In this document: positions 28,084 to 37,770 of the stretch, one piece after another | Layout of the letters: each line of letters starts with the position of its first letter | How positions within the stretch are numbered: the stretch's first letter is position 1 | DNA from: Planctomycetota bacterium | Lineage (GTDB): Bacteria > Planctomycetota > UBA8108 > SXIK01 | Length of the DNA: 64,000 nucleotides | NCBI GenBank assembly: GCA_965223845.1 | Contig: CBDCXR010000004.1 | Span: 4,640,001-4,704,000 of the forward strand | Reading direction: 5' to 3' | Position numbers and translations under genes: made by a program | The notes under the pieces: model-generated | The model's input: the letters and a program-made list of their open reading frames with translations, nothing else | What the model was told of the DNA's origin: nothing | Database searches by the model: none

Positions 28084-29441
28084 GATCGCGTCCGGACGAA
28101 ATACTCCGCGGCGGCCGCTTCCTCGCCGCCGAAGGAGACGCCGATCTCTCGAAGGAGCGGATAGGGAGGCTCTCCCCCGGCGAACACGAACACGTAGTCG
28201 TTCGGGAGGAGAGTCGACTTCGTCGCACCGTTCTCGTCGATTGCGAGCGTCACGGAGTCGTCGTCGATGCGCTCGACGTTCGAGCGAAACAAGATCTTGA
28301 GTCGACCCTCGTCAGCGAAGCGCGCGACGCGCTCGGCGTTCCGCGCCTTCAGCCGAAAGAACGCGTCTCGACGATAGGACAGGGTGACGTCATTCTCTCC
28401 GTGGTCGGCGAGCGCCGTCGCCGCTTCGATTGCGCTGTCACCTCCGCCCACGACGAGGACGCGTTCTCGTTCGTACGTCGCAGCGTCGATGAGCTGATAG
28501 AGAACCTTCGCGCTCTCCTCTCCCGGCACTCCGAGACGTCTAGGAGTTCCGCGCCGACCGAGTGCGAGAAGCACGGTGCGCGCGGCGATCGTTCCCGTCG
28601 ACGTCTCAGCGAGAAGAGAGTCTCCGCTCCGCTCGACGCCGCGGAGCTTCACGCCCGAACGGACGCGCAGGCCGAAGCGGGCGACGATCTTTTCCCAGAA
28701 CTCGATCAGCTCTTCCTTGAGAAACTCTTCGCGAGCGACTCTCCCGTAGAGCGGTAGCTGCACCGGGCCGGTCAGGGTGAGCTTTCGCCGCGGGTACTTT
28801 CGAACCGTTCCGCCGATGTCGTCCTGATCGATCGTGATGTAGCTGAGCCCGCGCTCGATGGCTCGGAGGCTCGCGGCGAACCCCGCTGGACCTGCACCGA
28901 CGATGAGAACGTCGACGGCGTCGCTCTCGGGTTCGGGTGCCGACGCGAGGCGCTCGGCGATTGCGTCGATCGCCCGCGCGCCCTGCTCGACGGCGATGCG
29001 GATGAGCGCCATCCCGCCGAGCTCACCGGCGATGTAGACGCCGGGGACGGTCGTCTCGAACTGCTCGCTGAGAACCGGAAGATCGGTTCGGCCGCTCGTA
29101 TCGCCGAGCCCGATCGTCACCGCCGCGACGGGACAAGCGTCGGCGCAGCGCCCGTGCCCGATGCAGCGCGCGCCGTGGATCACCTTGGCGACGCCGTCGA
29201 CGAGACCGAGGACGTTTTCCTCGGGGCAGGCTTCGATGCAGCTCCCGCAGCCGATGCACGCGTACGGATCGATCTGCGGGTGCTGCGCGATGGGAACGCT
29301 CGAGCCTCCCGCGTGTGCCGCGCTCAGATGCTCTGCCGCCTGGTTCCGGTGATGCTCGTCGATCTGCCTCTGCCACACGGCGAGAAGCGCGAGCACCACG
29401 AGGAGGACAGCGAGAACGCCGAGAAGGGTGATGTAATCCAA
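28080..29441 (-). CDS. Membrane-anchored ferredoxin-fused FAD/NAD(P)H oxidoreductase (TrxR/YpdA/FNR fold, permuted)
   Basis: TTG start with GGAG RBS; N-terminal TM helix. CIGCGSCIEACP and CIGHGRCADACP; TVPGVYIAGE; VGAGPAG; VGGGDSA; SYRR. Confidence 0.85.
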   Translation of the reverse strand: MDYITLLGVLAVLLVVLALLAVWQRQIDEHHRNQAAEHLSAAHAGGSSVPIAQHPQIDPYACIGCGSCIEACPEENVLGLVDGVAKVIHGARCIGHGRCADACPVAAVTIGLGDTSGRTDLPVLSEQFETTVPGVYIAGELGGMALIRIAVEQGARAIDAIAERLASAPEPESDAVDVLIVGAGPAGFAASLRAIERGLSYITIDQDDIGGTVRKYPRRKLTLTGPVQLPLYGRVAREEFLKEELIEFWEKIVARFGLRVRSGVKLRGVERSGDSLLAETSTGTIAARTVLLALGRRGTPRRLGVPGEESAKVLYQLIDAATYERERVLVVGGGDSAIEAATALADHGENDVTLSYRRDAFFRLKARNAERVARFADEGRLKILFRSNVERIDDDSVTLAIDENGATKSTLLPNDYVFVFAGGEPPYPLLREIGVSFGGEEAAAAEYFVRTRS

Positions 29442-29995
29442 AACGTACTCCGCAGCGTCTCAAACTGCCCATCCCGTCCTCTCGAGAAGGACAGCGAAGC
29501 CGGTCGAGATCGGAGGCGTAGATCTGAAGTGAAACGAGTCGAACGTAACCGCCGTGCGGCGGTTGCTCGGTCCCATAATCGGCGAGTGGATCGCCCTTAG
29601 ACCGAACGTGCGGGAAGCGGATCCTTGATCAGACTTCGGCAGCTCTCGCGCGCTTCTTCGCGTCGAATTCACCCCCGGCCGAGACCGGGGCCGAGAACGT
29701 GCGGCTGCGGCTCGAGTGCGCGGTCGGAAGTGCGGTCTCGTCTCGCATCTCTCGCCGATGGCGCGACCTACGCGATGGTTCCCGTCTCGGCGGCCACCGG
29801 TGATACCGGCCCTTCGTTCCGGTCGTTGTTCGCCGTCTGCGACGAGGCCGCGTCCCGGTCGATTCGCCGGTTTCGTCTTTCGAGCCTCCGCGCTACGCTG
29901 TCCCTTCGTGGCCGGCGACGAAACGCCCGCGTTGCGGCGATCGCTCGGTCCGGGCGCCGCCTAGCCGAGGCTCAGAGAGAGCGTGAGGTCGATCG

Positions 29996-31504
29996 ATGTG
30001 GATCCCGAAGTGGGAGCGTGACCGAGAGAACGGAGTCGACTCGCCCGTGCCGACTCAGGTCGTTTCGAACGAAGAGTTCATCCCGCGGCCACAAACGCGC
30101 GAGCAGAAGCAAGTGGAGCGACTGATCGGCGAACTCGCTGACGAGAAAGCGAAGCGTCTCGGACTCGACCGCCGCTCGTTTCTGCGCACCTCGATGGGGA
30201 TGGCGACGGCTTTTCTCGCAAGCAATATGGTCTACGGCCCCCACTGGGAGGTCAGCGCCGAGGAAACTCTCGAGCCCGCGGCGAACGACGAGCGCTGGCC
30301 GAAGGGAGAGTACTTCATCTTCGACGTACAGACCCACTTCACGAACGGACGCGCGATCGGATTCCGCAACATGGAGTTCATGCGCAACATGGGATTCGAT
30401 CTGAAGGACGACGCCGAGGCCTACGGCTTCCCGAACTTCGTGAAAGAGCTGTTCTTCGACAGCGAGACGAGCATGATCGTCATTTCCGGTGTCCCGGGGA
30501 AGGAAGAGCAGCGCGGAGTGGACGGCACGATTCTCGAAGGAAAGGACCGCGGCGGCGGTCTCCTTCCGAGCTGGCTCATGTCGATGCGAAAGGGCGAGAT
30601 CAACGGTCTCGCCGACTCACAACGCGCGCTTTGCCAGGGCAACTGCGCCCCCAATCACTATTGGGATCGGACGAAGAACGCGCCGGATCACACCGCGCTC
30701 TTCGAACAGATGGAGCGCGAGGTCAAGGACTACGGCATCGATTCGTGGAAGTGGTACTGCCACACGGACCCGGGACGATCCGGGGGCGGATTCAAGCTCG
30801 ACGACGAGACGATGACCTATCCCTTCTATGAAAAATCGAAGGCGCTCGGTCTCAAGATCTTCAGCGTGCACAAGGGATTCGCGTCGCAGTCGCGCCGTCT
30901 CGGTCATCTCGCGCATCCGCGCGACATCGAAAAGGCGGCGCTCGACCACCCGGATTTGACGTTCATCGTGTACCACTCGGCACTCAAGCACGGACCGATG
31001 GAGCCACAGTTTCGGCGTGACGGCTTCTACGATCCGACGACGGGTGATTTCGAATGGCACGCCGACTTGATGGCGATCAAGAAACGCAATCCGAAGCTGT
31101 CGAACGTCTACTGCGAGATCGGCTCGTCATTCGGAATGCTCGCGATAGCCCATCCCGAGATGTGCATGCACCTCATGGGCGCCAACATAAAGCACTACGG
31201 CGTCGACCACGTCATCTGGGGGACGGACTGCCTCTGGTGGGGATCACCGCAATGGGTGATCGACGCATTCAAGCGGTTTCAGATCTCCGACGAGTTGTGC
31301 GCTAAATTCGGATACAAGAAGCTCACGAAGGAAGACAAGGCCAAGATCTTCGGCCTCAACGCGGCGCGGGTGTACGGTGTCGACGTCGACGCGGCGCGGA
31401 AGGGAATCTCCCGCGACGGGCTCGACAAGCTGAAGACGGCTTACCTCGACCGCGGCGGCCACCGCGAGAACGCAGCCTACGGTTGGGTACGTGCGCATGG
31501 CTGA
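29996..31504 (+). CDS. Amidohydrolase-superfamily (Amidohydro_2-like) protein
   Basis: [29 protein letters not shown]. Internal RRSFL motif near residue 60. Confidence 0.85.
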   Translation: MWIPKWERDRENGVDSPVPTQVVSNEEFIPRPQTREQKQVERLIGELADEKAKRLGLDRRSFLRTSMGMATAFLASNMVYGPHWEVSAEETLEPAANDERWPKGEYFIFDVQTHFTNGRAIGFRNMEFMRNMGFDLKDDAEAYGFPNFVKELFFDSETSMIVISGVPGKEEQRGVDGTILEGKDRGGGLLPSWLMSMRKGEINGLADSQRALCQGNCAPNHYWDRTKNAPDHTALFEQMEREVKDYGIDSWKWYCHTDPGRSGGGFKLDDETMTYPFYEKSKALGLKIFSVHKGFASQSRRLGHLAHPRDIEKAALDHPDLTFIVYHSALKHGPMEPQFRRDGFYDPTTGDFEWHADLMAIKKRNPKLSNVYCEIGSSFGMLAIAHPEMCMHLMGANIKHYGVDHVIWGTDCLWWGSPQWVIDAFKRFQISDELCAKFGYKKLTKEDKAKIFGLNAARVYGVDVDAARKGISRDGLDKLKTAYLDRGGHRENAAYGWVRAHG

Positions 31505-32447
31505 ACCGGTGGCTCCTCGCTTCGTTCTGCTCGTCACCGTCGCGCTCGCGGGTGGCTGCCACTCCCAAGCGGGCGGCAGTCTCAATCGGCCGGTCGACGG
31601 TCGCGCGGGCTTCGACTGGGGGTCGGATCACGTCGGACTCCCGCTTCCGGTGATGACGAGCGGAGATGAGTGCCTCTTTTGCCACCGGGAGAGGGTCGGA
31701 GCGACTTGGACGGACGACCCGCACGCACGGAGCCTCCGCGAGCTGACCGAAGACGATTCGGAGTACCGCGCCCTTCGCGAGTCGCCGCCGCGAGCCGCCG
31801 AGGCGGAATTCGTCCTCGGGTCGGGGGAGCGGACGCGTCTCCTCCGCTCGATTGGCTACGGCCGCCTCGCGCTCCTCGAAGACGATGACTGGAACGCGGA
31901 GACCTTCGCGGCGAGTTGCTCCGGCTGCCACGCGACCGGAGCCGACGCGGAGACGGGGACGTTCGTCGCGGTCTCCCTCGAGTGTTCGGTCTGTCACGGC
32001 AACGTGACGGCCGACCACACCGCGTCGCCCGAATCCGTCCATCTCTCGCCTCGGCGGGAGGACGATCCGCGTGTGGCCGCGGCGATCTGCGCTCAGTGTC
32101 ACGCCCGAGGCGGACGCTCACGCTCTACGGGCAAGCCGTATCCGACTCATTTCGTGGCGGGTGACAATCTCTTTCGCGACTTCGAGATCGATCTCTCGGC
32201 CGACGAGCTCCGGGCCGTGTCACTCGTCGACCGTCACGTTCGAGAGAATATCCGGGCGGTCCTGAGTGGCGCATCCTCGGTCACGTGTGTGAGCTGTCAC
32301 GACGTCCACAAGCCATCGACCCGGCGACACCGCCGTCTCCCCCGCACGCAATTCTGTACGATGTGCCATCGGGACGGGGAGGACGCGGCTCGAGCCCTCA
32401 CCGACTGGAGCTCGACCTGTCAAATCCCACCGGAAGGGAGTCACTGA
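31497..32447 (+). CDS. Hexaheme c-type cytochrome lipoprotein
   Basis: Lipobox-like LAGG|C. CLFCH, CSGCH, CSVCH, CAQCH, CVSCH, CTMCH. Overlaps the upstream stop by 8 nt. Confidence 0.85.
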   Translation: MAEPVAPRFVLLVTVALAGGCHSQAGGSLNRPVDGRAGFDWGSDHVGLPLPVMTSGDECLFCHRERVGATWTDDPHARSLRELTEDDSEYRALRESPPRAAEAEFVLGSGERTRLLRSIGYGRLALLEDDDWNAETFAASCSGCHATGADAETGTFVAVSLECSVCHGNVTADHTASPESVHLSPRREDDPRVAAAICAQCHARGGRSRSTGKPYPTHFVAGDNLFRDFEIDLSADELRAVSLVDRHVRENIRAVLSGASSVTCVSCHDVHKPSTRRHRRLPRTQFCTMCHRDGEDAARALTDWSSTCQIPPEGSH

Positions 32448-32746
32448 TGTCTTCTTCACAACGAGAGCCGGATGCGGCGGGCGCGCCGGTAGAGATCGAT
32501 TACGAGAGCTACCCGCAGTCGATGGCGATGGACGAGACGGATGTGAGCCTCCGTGCGTACCTTTCGCGACTGAGCGACGAGCACCTCCGCCGGTACGACC
32601 CGGCGTGGACGGACGCCGAAGTGATGGCGTGGGACGGGAACTTTCGCAACGACGGAACTCTCATGCTCGTTTGCTGCGAGCGAGACGTCGATATGGACGA
32701 GTTCCGGCGTGTTCTCGCCGAGCACATCGCGGTCCGTTCGCTCTGA
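32447..32746 (+). CDS. Small acidic hypothetical protein with Cys-Cys motif (99 aa)
   Basis: TGATG coupling to the hexaheme gene, GGGAG RBS, and a natural-looking sequence (WDGNFRNDGTLMLVCCERDV). Confidence 0.75.
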   Translation: MSSSQREPDAAGAPVEIDYESYPQSMAMDETDVSLRAYLSRLSDEHLRRYDPAWTDAEVMAWDGNFRNDGTLMLVCCERDVDMDEFRRVLAEHIAVRSL

Positions 32747-32809
32747 ATTCCCACGCTCCCCGCGATCGCCGACCGGCTGAAGCGGCGCGCGGCGGGGCTC
32801 GACGTTCGC

Positions 32810-33823
32810 ATGCCTCAACCGTCTTACCTCGACGCCGCACGGATCCTCGCGTGGATGCTCGCCCCCGTGGCGGCGGGTTATCTCTGGTGGTCGACTAGCC
32901 TCCGGTCGCGAAACGGTGGAGAGGAGCGCGCCGGGTGGATCTCGCGTCACCTCGGGCGAATCGCCCTCGTCGGCTCCGCGGCTCCACTCATGTTACTCGT
33001 CGTTTGGGTCGCGCACGTAGCCGGGCCGAGCGCCGGGCTCCTCCCCTTCGTCGGACTCTCCGTTCACATCGCCGGAAGTGCGGCGGGCTGGGCGATCGCG
33101 CGCTTCGGGGACGCTTCGGGGCGAACACGCGGCGCCTACTTGCTCGGCGGCGGCTGCAGCAACGTGCTCACCTTCGGGAGCATCACGGTCCTGCTCCTTT
33201 TGCGGACGCCCGATGACCCACACGCCGAAACGGCCATCGCGTGTATGGCGATCTACCGGCTCCTCGAGGCGCCCTATTACTTCCTGCTCGCCTGGCCGAC
33301 GGCCGCCGCGATCTCCGCGAGTGATTCCGCCGGCGCCGGCGAACCATTGCGCTGGGGAACACTCGCTCGCCGCGCTCTTTTCGGTCCGAACGCTGCTCCT
33401 GCGATCGGCATCATCGCGGGCGGCGCCCTCAATCTGCTCGACGTTCCGCGCCCCGGCGTGCTCGACGGGGTCTCGGACGTTCTCGTTCGGGTGAACGTCG
33501 TCCTTCTCGGTCTCTCCGTCGGACTGAGCCTCCGAAGCGCGGCCCCGCTCCGTCACCTCGGGGCTTGCATGCACATCTCTGCGGTCAAGTTTCTCGTCAT
33601 GCCCGCCGTGGGATTCGGGCTGGCGTGGTGCGCGGGGTTCGATCCGGCGACACTGCGCGTCGTAGCGATTTGCTCGGCGATGCCCGTTGCGTTCATGGCC
33701 GTTGTCGGCGCCACGCTCTACGAGCTGGACGAAGAGCTCGTGGGATCGTTTTGGCTGTTCACGACGGTGGCGATGATCGCCGTTATTCCCATACTGGCCC
33801 TCGCGCTTCCGCTCGTCGAGTGA
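32810..33823 (+). CDS. AEC-family (auxin efflux carrier-like) membrane transporter
   Basis: About 10 TM helices; LSVGLSL, VKFLVMP, SAMPVAF. Confidence 0.75.
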   Translation: MPQPSYLDAARILAWMLAPVAAGYLWWSTSLRSRNGGEERAGWISRHLGRIALVGSAAPLMLLVVWVAHVAGPSAGLLPFVGLSVHIAGSAAGWAIARFGDASGRTRGAYLLGGGCSNVLTFGSITVLLLLRTPDDPHAETAIACMAIYRLLEAPYYFLLAWPTAAAISASDSAGAGEPLRWGTLARRALFGPNAAPAIGIIAGGALNLLDVPRPGVLDGVSDVLVRVNVVLLGLSVGLSLRSAAPLRHLGACMHISAVKFLVMPAVGFGLAWCAGFDPATLRVVAICSAMPVAFMAVVGATLYELDEELVGSFWLFTTVAMIAVIPILALALPLVE

Positions 33824-33868
33824 GACGCGAAGGCACGCATTCGACGGTATCGATCGACACTCGACAAA

Positions 33869-34114
33869 ATGCCACAGAACGAACCGATTCGAGTGGAATG
33901 CTACGCCGCGCGCAAGGGGGACGAGCGGCCCTACCGCATCCATTGGGGCGACCGGACCATAGCGGTCGACGGAATCCTCGAGCGCGCGGTCGAGAGCGGC
34001 GTCGATCCACGAACACCGCTCGTCGAGAAGTTTCTCGTCGTCGGGGACGATGAACGCCTCTACACGCTGCGGCACGACTGCAGCGACGATCGCTGGTGGA
34101 TCGAGGTCCGGTGA
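33869..34114 (+). CDS. Small conserved hypothetical protein
   Basis: RVECYA..KGDERP....GDR...V..IL.R...F.V.GDD..LY.LRHD resembles a widespread ~80-aa hypothetical family I recall. Confidence 0.65.
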   Translation: MPQNEPIRVECYAARKGDERPYRIHWGDRTIAVDGILERAVESGVDPRTPLVEKFLVVGDDERLYTLRHDCSDDRWWIEVR

Positions 34115-34294
34115 TTTCCCCGCCGTGAATCTCGACACGACCGCGCCCGAAGGTAGGATGCGGGTTCGATGGCTTACGTGTACGGTGACCATGACCTCGC
34201 CACTTGCCGTTTGAAGAGGAGCGTGTCGGGAACGGAATCCGTTCGCGACCGCCGAAGTCAAATCGCGAGCTCAAGAATGAAAGGGGGGCGTGCG

Positions 34295-35314
34295 ATGCGC
34301 ACCACTCGACGACAATTCCATCGCCGCGCTCTCGGTGCAGCCGCGTCCCTCGGTGTCGGCGGATCGTTGAGCGCCGCGCTCAGTGGTTGCGAACTGTTTG
34401 AAGGCGGCGGAGGAGAACCCTTGCCGATCGTCGACACCCACCAGCACCTCTGGGACCTCACGAAGTTTCAGCCGCCCTGGCTCGATGCGGCGCCGGAAGT
34501 TCTACGCCGGAGTTACGTGACGCGCGACTATATCGCCGCGACCCGCGAGCTCAACGTCGTAAAAGCCGTGTACATGGAAGTCGACGTTTCTCCCGCGCAG
34601 CAAGTCGACGAAGCGGAGCACATCATCGCTCTCTCAAGAAGTGCCGATCACCCGACGGTGGCGGCCGTGATCTCCGGGCGCCCCGCGGCAGCGGATGAAT
34701 TTCGACGATACATGCAGCGCTTCGCGGACAGCCCGTACATCAAAGGAGTCCGGCAGGTACTACAAGTTCCCGACGCGCCGCGCGGACTCTGCCTGGAGGA
34801 TGCGTACGTCGAGAGCGTCCGGCTCCTCGGCACGCTCGGGAAGAGCTTCGACCTCTGCATGCGTCCACGGGAACTCGCCGACGGCGTGGAGCTCGCGCGG
34901 CGCTGTCCGGAGACTCAGTTCATTCTCGATCACTGTGGGAACGGGGACCCGAAGGCCTTCCTTCCATCGAACACCGCAACCGAGGAGCCGTGGCACGACG
35001 CCGACGAGTGGCGACGCGACATCGAAGCGTTCGCCGCGCTCGAGAACGTGGTGTGCAAGATCTCCGGGATCGTCGCGCGCGCTCCCGAAGGCTGGGGCCC
35101 CGAGCACTTGGCACCCATCGTCGACGTCTGCCTCGACGCGTTCGGACCGGATCGCGTCGTCTTCGGGAGCGATTGGCCGGTGTGCAACATCACCGCTTCT
35201 CTCGGCCGCTGGGTGGAAGCACTCCACGCGGTGATCGCCCGGCGCTCGGTCGACGATCGGCGAAAGCTCCTCCACGACAACGCGGTTCGGCTCTACGGGC
35301 TAACGGGCGCCTAG
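34295..35314 (+). CDS. Tat-exported amidohydrolase, sugar-lactonase (L-fuconolactonase-like)
   Basis: TRRQF Tat motif and LSG|C lipobox. DTHQHLWD, KGVR, LDHCG, CKISG, FGSDWPV. Confidence 0.85.
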   Translation: MRTTRRQFHRRALGAAASLGVGGSLSAALSGCELFEGGGGEPLPIVDTHQHLWDLTKFQPPWLDAAPEVLRRSYVTRDYIAATRELNVVKAVYMEVDVSPAQQVDEAEHIIALSRSADHPTVAAVISGRPAAADEFRRYMQRFADSPYIKGVRQVLQVPDAPRGLCLEDAYVESVRLLGTLGKSFDLCMRPRELADGVELARRCPETQFILDHCGNGDPKAFLPSNTATEEPWHDADEWRRDIEAFAALENVVCKISGIVARAPEGWGPEHLAPIVDVCLDAFGPDRVVFGSDWPVCNITASLGRWVEALHAVIARRSVDDRRKLLHDNAVRLYGLTGA

Positions 35315-35598
35315 AATCGTCTGTGCGAAGACCAGCTCGCAGCTCTCACTGCTTTTCGCTCTGCCGGCTCGGGACCGGTGCGTTCGTCGGCGGCCGATAC
35401 CGAACTCGCGGTGCAGCGTGCGCCCATCTTACAATCCGTGCGTCCGATGGATCCCGAGAGTCGGCGAGTCTCACGAAGCACCACTCCTTGCCGTGCGTGC
35501 AGCTTGCGAGAGGATCGAAGATCATGGAGGCGCTCGGAGAGATTCGGACGCAGCGTCTGGCCCATTCCTTCGGAGCCACCAAACCGAGGTAGAGCCCG

Positions 35599-35823
35599 AT
35601 GACATTGGGATTCTCGTTCCCTGGTTCCACGGAGATCCTGCTCATCCTGCTCGTGCTTCTCATCGGCACGGGTTTCTGGATTTGGATGCTCGTCGACTGC
35701 GCGACGAACGAGTCCCTCGAAGGGAACGAGAAGATCGTTTGGATCCTCATCATCATCTTCACCAACTGGTTGGGGGCGCTCCTTTACTTTCTCATCTGTC
35801 GTCCCCGAACACGGGATGCTTAG
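35599..35823 (+). CDS. PLDc_N-like small two-TM membrane protein
   Basis: FWIWMLVDC...KIVWILIIIF..WLGALLYF. Confidence 0.8.
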   Translation: MTLGFSFPGSTEILLILLVLLIGTGFWIWMLVDCATNESLEGNEKIVWILIIIFTNWLGALLYFLICRPRTRDA

Positions 35824-35892
35824 GAGCCGATCCAAGTTTCGTTTAGCCAAGCTGACCACAAACTCCGGTCGTACTCGAACGAGGAGCAAGCG

Positions 35893-37719
35893 ATGACGAA
35901 GCTCATGCGGAAAGTCGCTCCGATCCCGCCGTCGTTCATTCCGATGGTCCTGCTCATCGCCGCGAGTGAACTGTCCGCGCTCGAACCGCCGGTCTATTCC
36001 CATGAAACCCACGTCGCAGCCGAGCCCTTCCGTCTCACTCTCACAACCGAGGAGGCCGGCGCGGAAATCCACTACACGACGAACGGCTCCGCTCCGACGC
36101 CGTCGTCTCTTCGCTATCGAACTGCACTCCGCATCACTCAGACAACGGCGGTGCGGGCCATCGTGGTGCGTGACGGTGAGCAGAGCCCCGAGGTCGCGCA
36201 CACATTCGTCGTGAGCGATGGCCGCGAAACCGACTTCGAGTCTCCGCTTCCCGTCGTCGTCATCGTAGCCGCGCAGGTTTCCCCCGATCCGGAGACCACG
36301 GTCCCCGTCGAGACGATCGAGCTGCGTGCCCCCGACGGCGAACGGACCAAGCTCACCGAGACTCCCGGACTTCGCCGGCGCGCCCTCCTCGCCCTCGCGT
36401 CCGCGACCGCTCCCGGGCGGAAGGGCGGCTACCGCGTCGAGCACGTCGACGACTCCGGCGAATCGACGTCGGTCGAGTTTCTCGGACTCCCGGCCGGGTC
36501 GAATTGGCGCCTCCATGGGTCAACGGTGTTCGACCGCGCTCAGCTCCGAAGCGCCGTCCTCTTCGACGTCGCGCGCGAGGTCGGACTCATCGCGCCGCGC
36601 ACTCGCCACTGCGAGGTGTACGTCACGCCCTACGGCCAGCTCCTCAAAGCCGCCGACTACGCCGGGCTCTACACCCTCATGGAGATGCCTGCCATCGGCG
36701 AGCACCGCGTTCCGATCACGCGCGTGAGCCGCGACGACATCGCCGAGCCCGAGATCACCGGCGGCTATCTGTTCCGCTTCGATCAGTCGCGCGCCGGTGA
36801 GGACGGGCTTCAGATCGGCGAGCAGACCCTCCTCTTCGGCGATCCGATCGAAGACGAGATCGTCCCGCATCAGCTCGCGTGGGTCCGAGCGCATTTCCGC
36901 GCGTTCGATGCCGCGCTGATGTCCGACTCCTACACCGACCCGGAGACGGGATACCCCTCATACATCGACGTACCGAGCTGGATCGACTACCACCTTCTCA
37001 ACACCTTCGCCAAGAATGTGGTCGCATTTCGGGTCGGGGCGTACTTTCACAAGGATCGGGGACAGAAGATCGTCATGGGCCCCCTCTGGGAGCTCGATCA
37101 ATCCCTCGATTCGACCGACGGCCGCGACGACGATCCGGCGAGCTGGTCGGATGAAGGTGCGACCGATTACTTCGGCGCGCCGTGGTGGTCGCGGCTCTTC
37201 GAGGATCCTGCGTTCGCGGCAGAATACGCGAGGCGCTGGCACGAGCTCCGCGCCGGCTCGCTTTCGACGGCGGCGTTCGCGGCGCGAGTCGATGCGCTCG
37301 CGGACAGCATTCGAGAGGCGCAAGCGCGCGACTCTGCGCGCTGGCAGACGACGCCACCCCCCGAGTGGGAGGAGGATGTCGAGCGAATCAAGGAGTGGAG
37401 TTCCCTTCGAGCTTCGTGGATCGATTCGCAGCTCGATCGTCCAACGGGTTCGATCCTACCCGGCGACCTTCACGCGGATGGGACGGTGAACCTAGCCGAT
37501 GCGATCGGGCTCCTCGGCGTCCTCTTTCAGGGGTTCGACTTTCTTCCTTGTGCCGACGACTCCGGGAACAAGCCGCTTCTCGACGCGAACGGCGATGACG
37601 GTGTGAACATCGCCGACGCGATTTGGGTGCTCACCTATCTCTTCGCGAGCGGCTCGCCGCCGGTTCTCGGCGAGATCTGCGTCGATCTCCCGGGATGCCC
37701 CGACGCTTGCGTGCAGTAG
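35893..37719 (+). CDS. CotH-like protein (degenerate active site) with FN3-associated N-domain and C-terminal dockerin-like domain
   Basis: IHYTTNGSAP; APRTRHCEVY...YAGLY..ME; YIDV.SWIDY; GPLWELD; GDLHADGTVNLAD / DANGDDGVNIAD. Confidence 0.8.
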   Translation: MTKLMRKVAPIPPSFIPMVLLIAASELSALEPPVYSHETHVAAEPFRLTLTTEEAGAEIHYTTNGSAPTPSSLRYRTALRITQTTAVRAIVVRDGEQSPEVAHTFVVSDGRETDFESPLPVVVIVAAQVSPDPETTVPVETIELRAPDGERTKLTETPGLRRRALLALASATAPGRKGGYRVEHVDDSGESTSVEFLGLPAGSNWRLHGSTVFDRAQLRSAVLFDVAREVGLIAPRTRHCEVYVTPYGQLLKAADYAGLYTLMEMPAIGEHRVPITRVSRDDIAEPEITGGYLFRFDQSRAGEDGLQIGEQTLLFGDPIEDEIVPHQLAWVRAHFRAFDAALMSDSYTDPETGYPSYIDVPSWIDYHLLNTFAKNVVAFRVGAYFHKDRGQKIVMGPLWELDQSLDSTDGRDDDPASWSDEGATDYFGAPWWSRLFEDPAFAAEYARRWHELRAGSLSTAAFAARVDALADSIREAQARDSARWQTTPPPEWEEDVERIKEWSSLRASWIDSQLDRPTGSILPGDLHADGTVNLADAIGLLGVLFQGFDFLPCADDSGNKPLLDANGDDGVNIADAIWVLTYLFASGSPPVLGEICVDLPGCPDACVQ

Positions 37720-37770
37720 CCCGAGAGCGATGCCCGTGGTGATCCGTGGCGCGGTGGCTCGACACCGCGA

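Noticed and set aside
29442-29995. FNR/Fur-type operator upstream of the cytochrome conduit
   Set aside because: Only a TTGAT half-site is present (near 29625), without the matching ATCAA, and there is no AT-rich Fur box.
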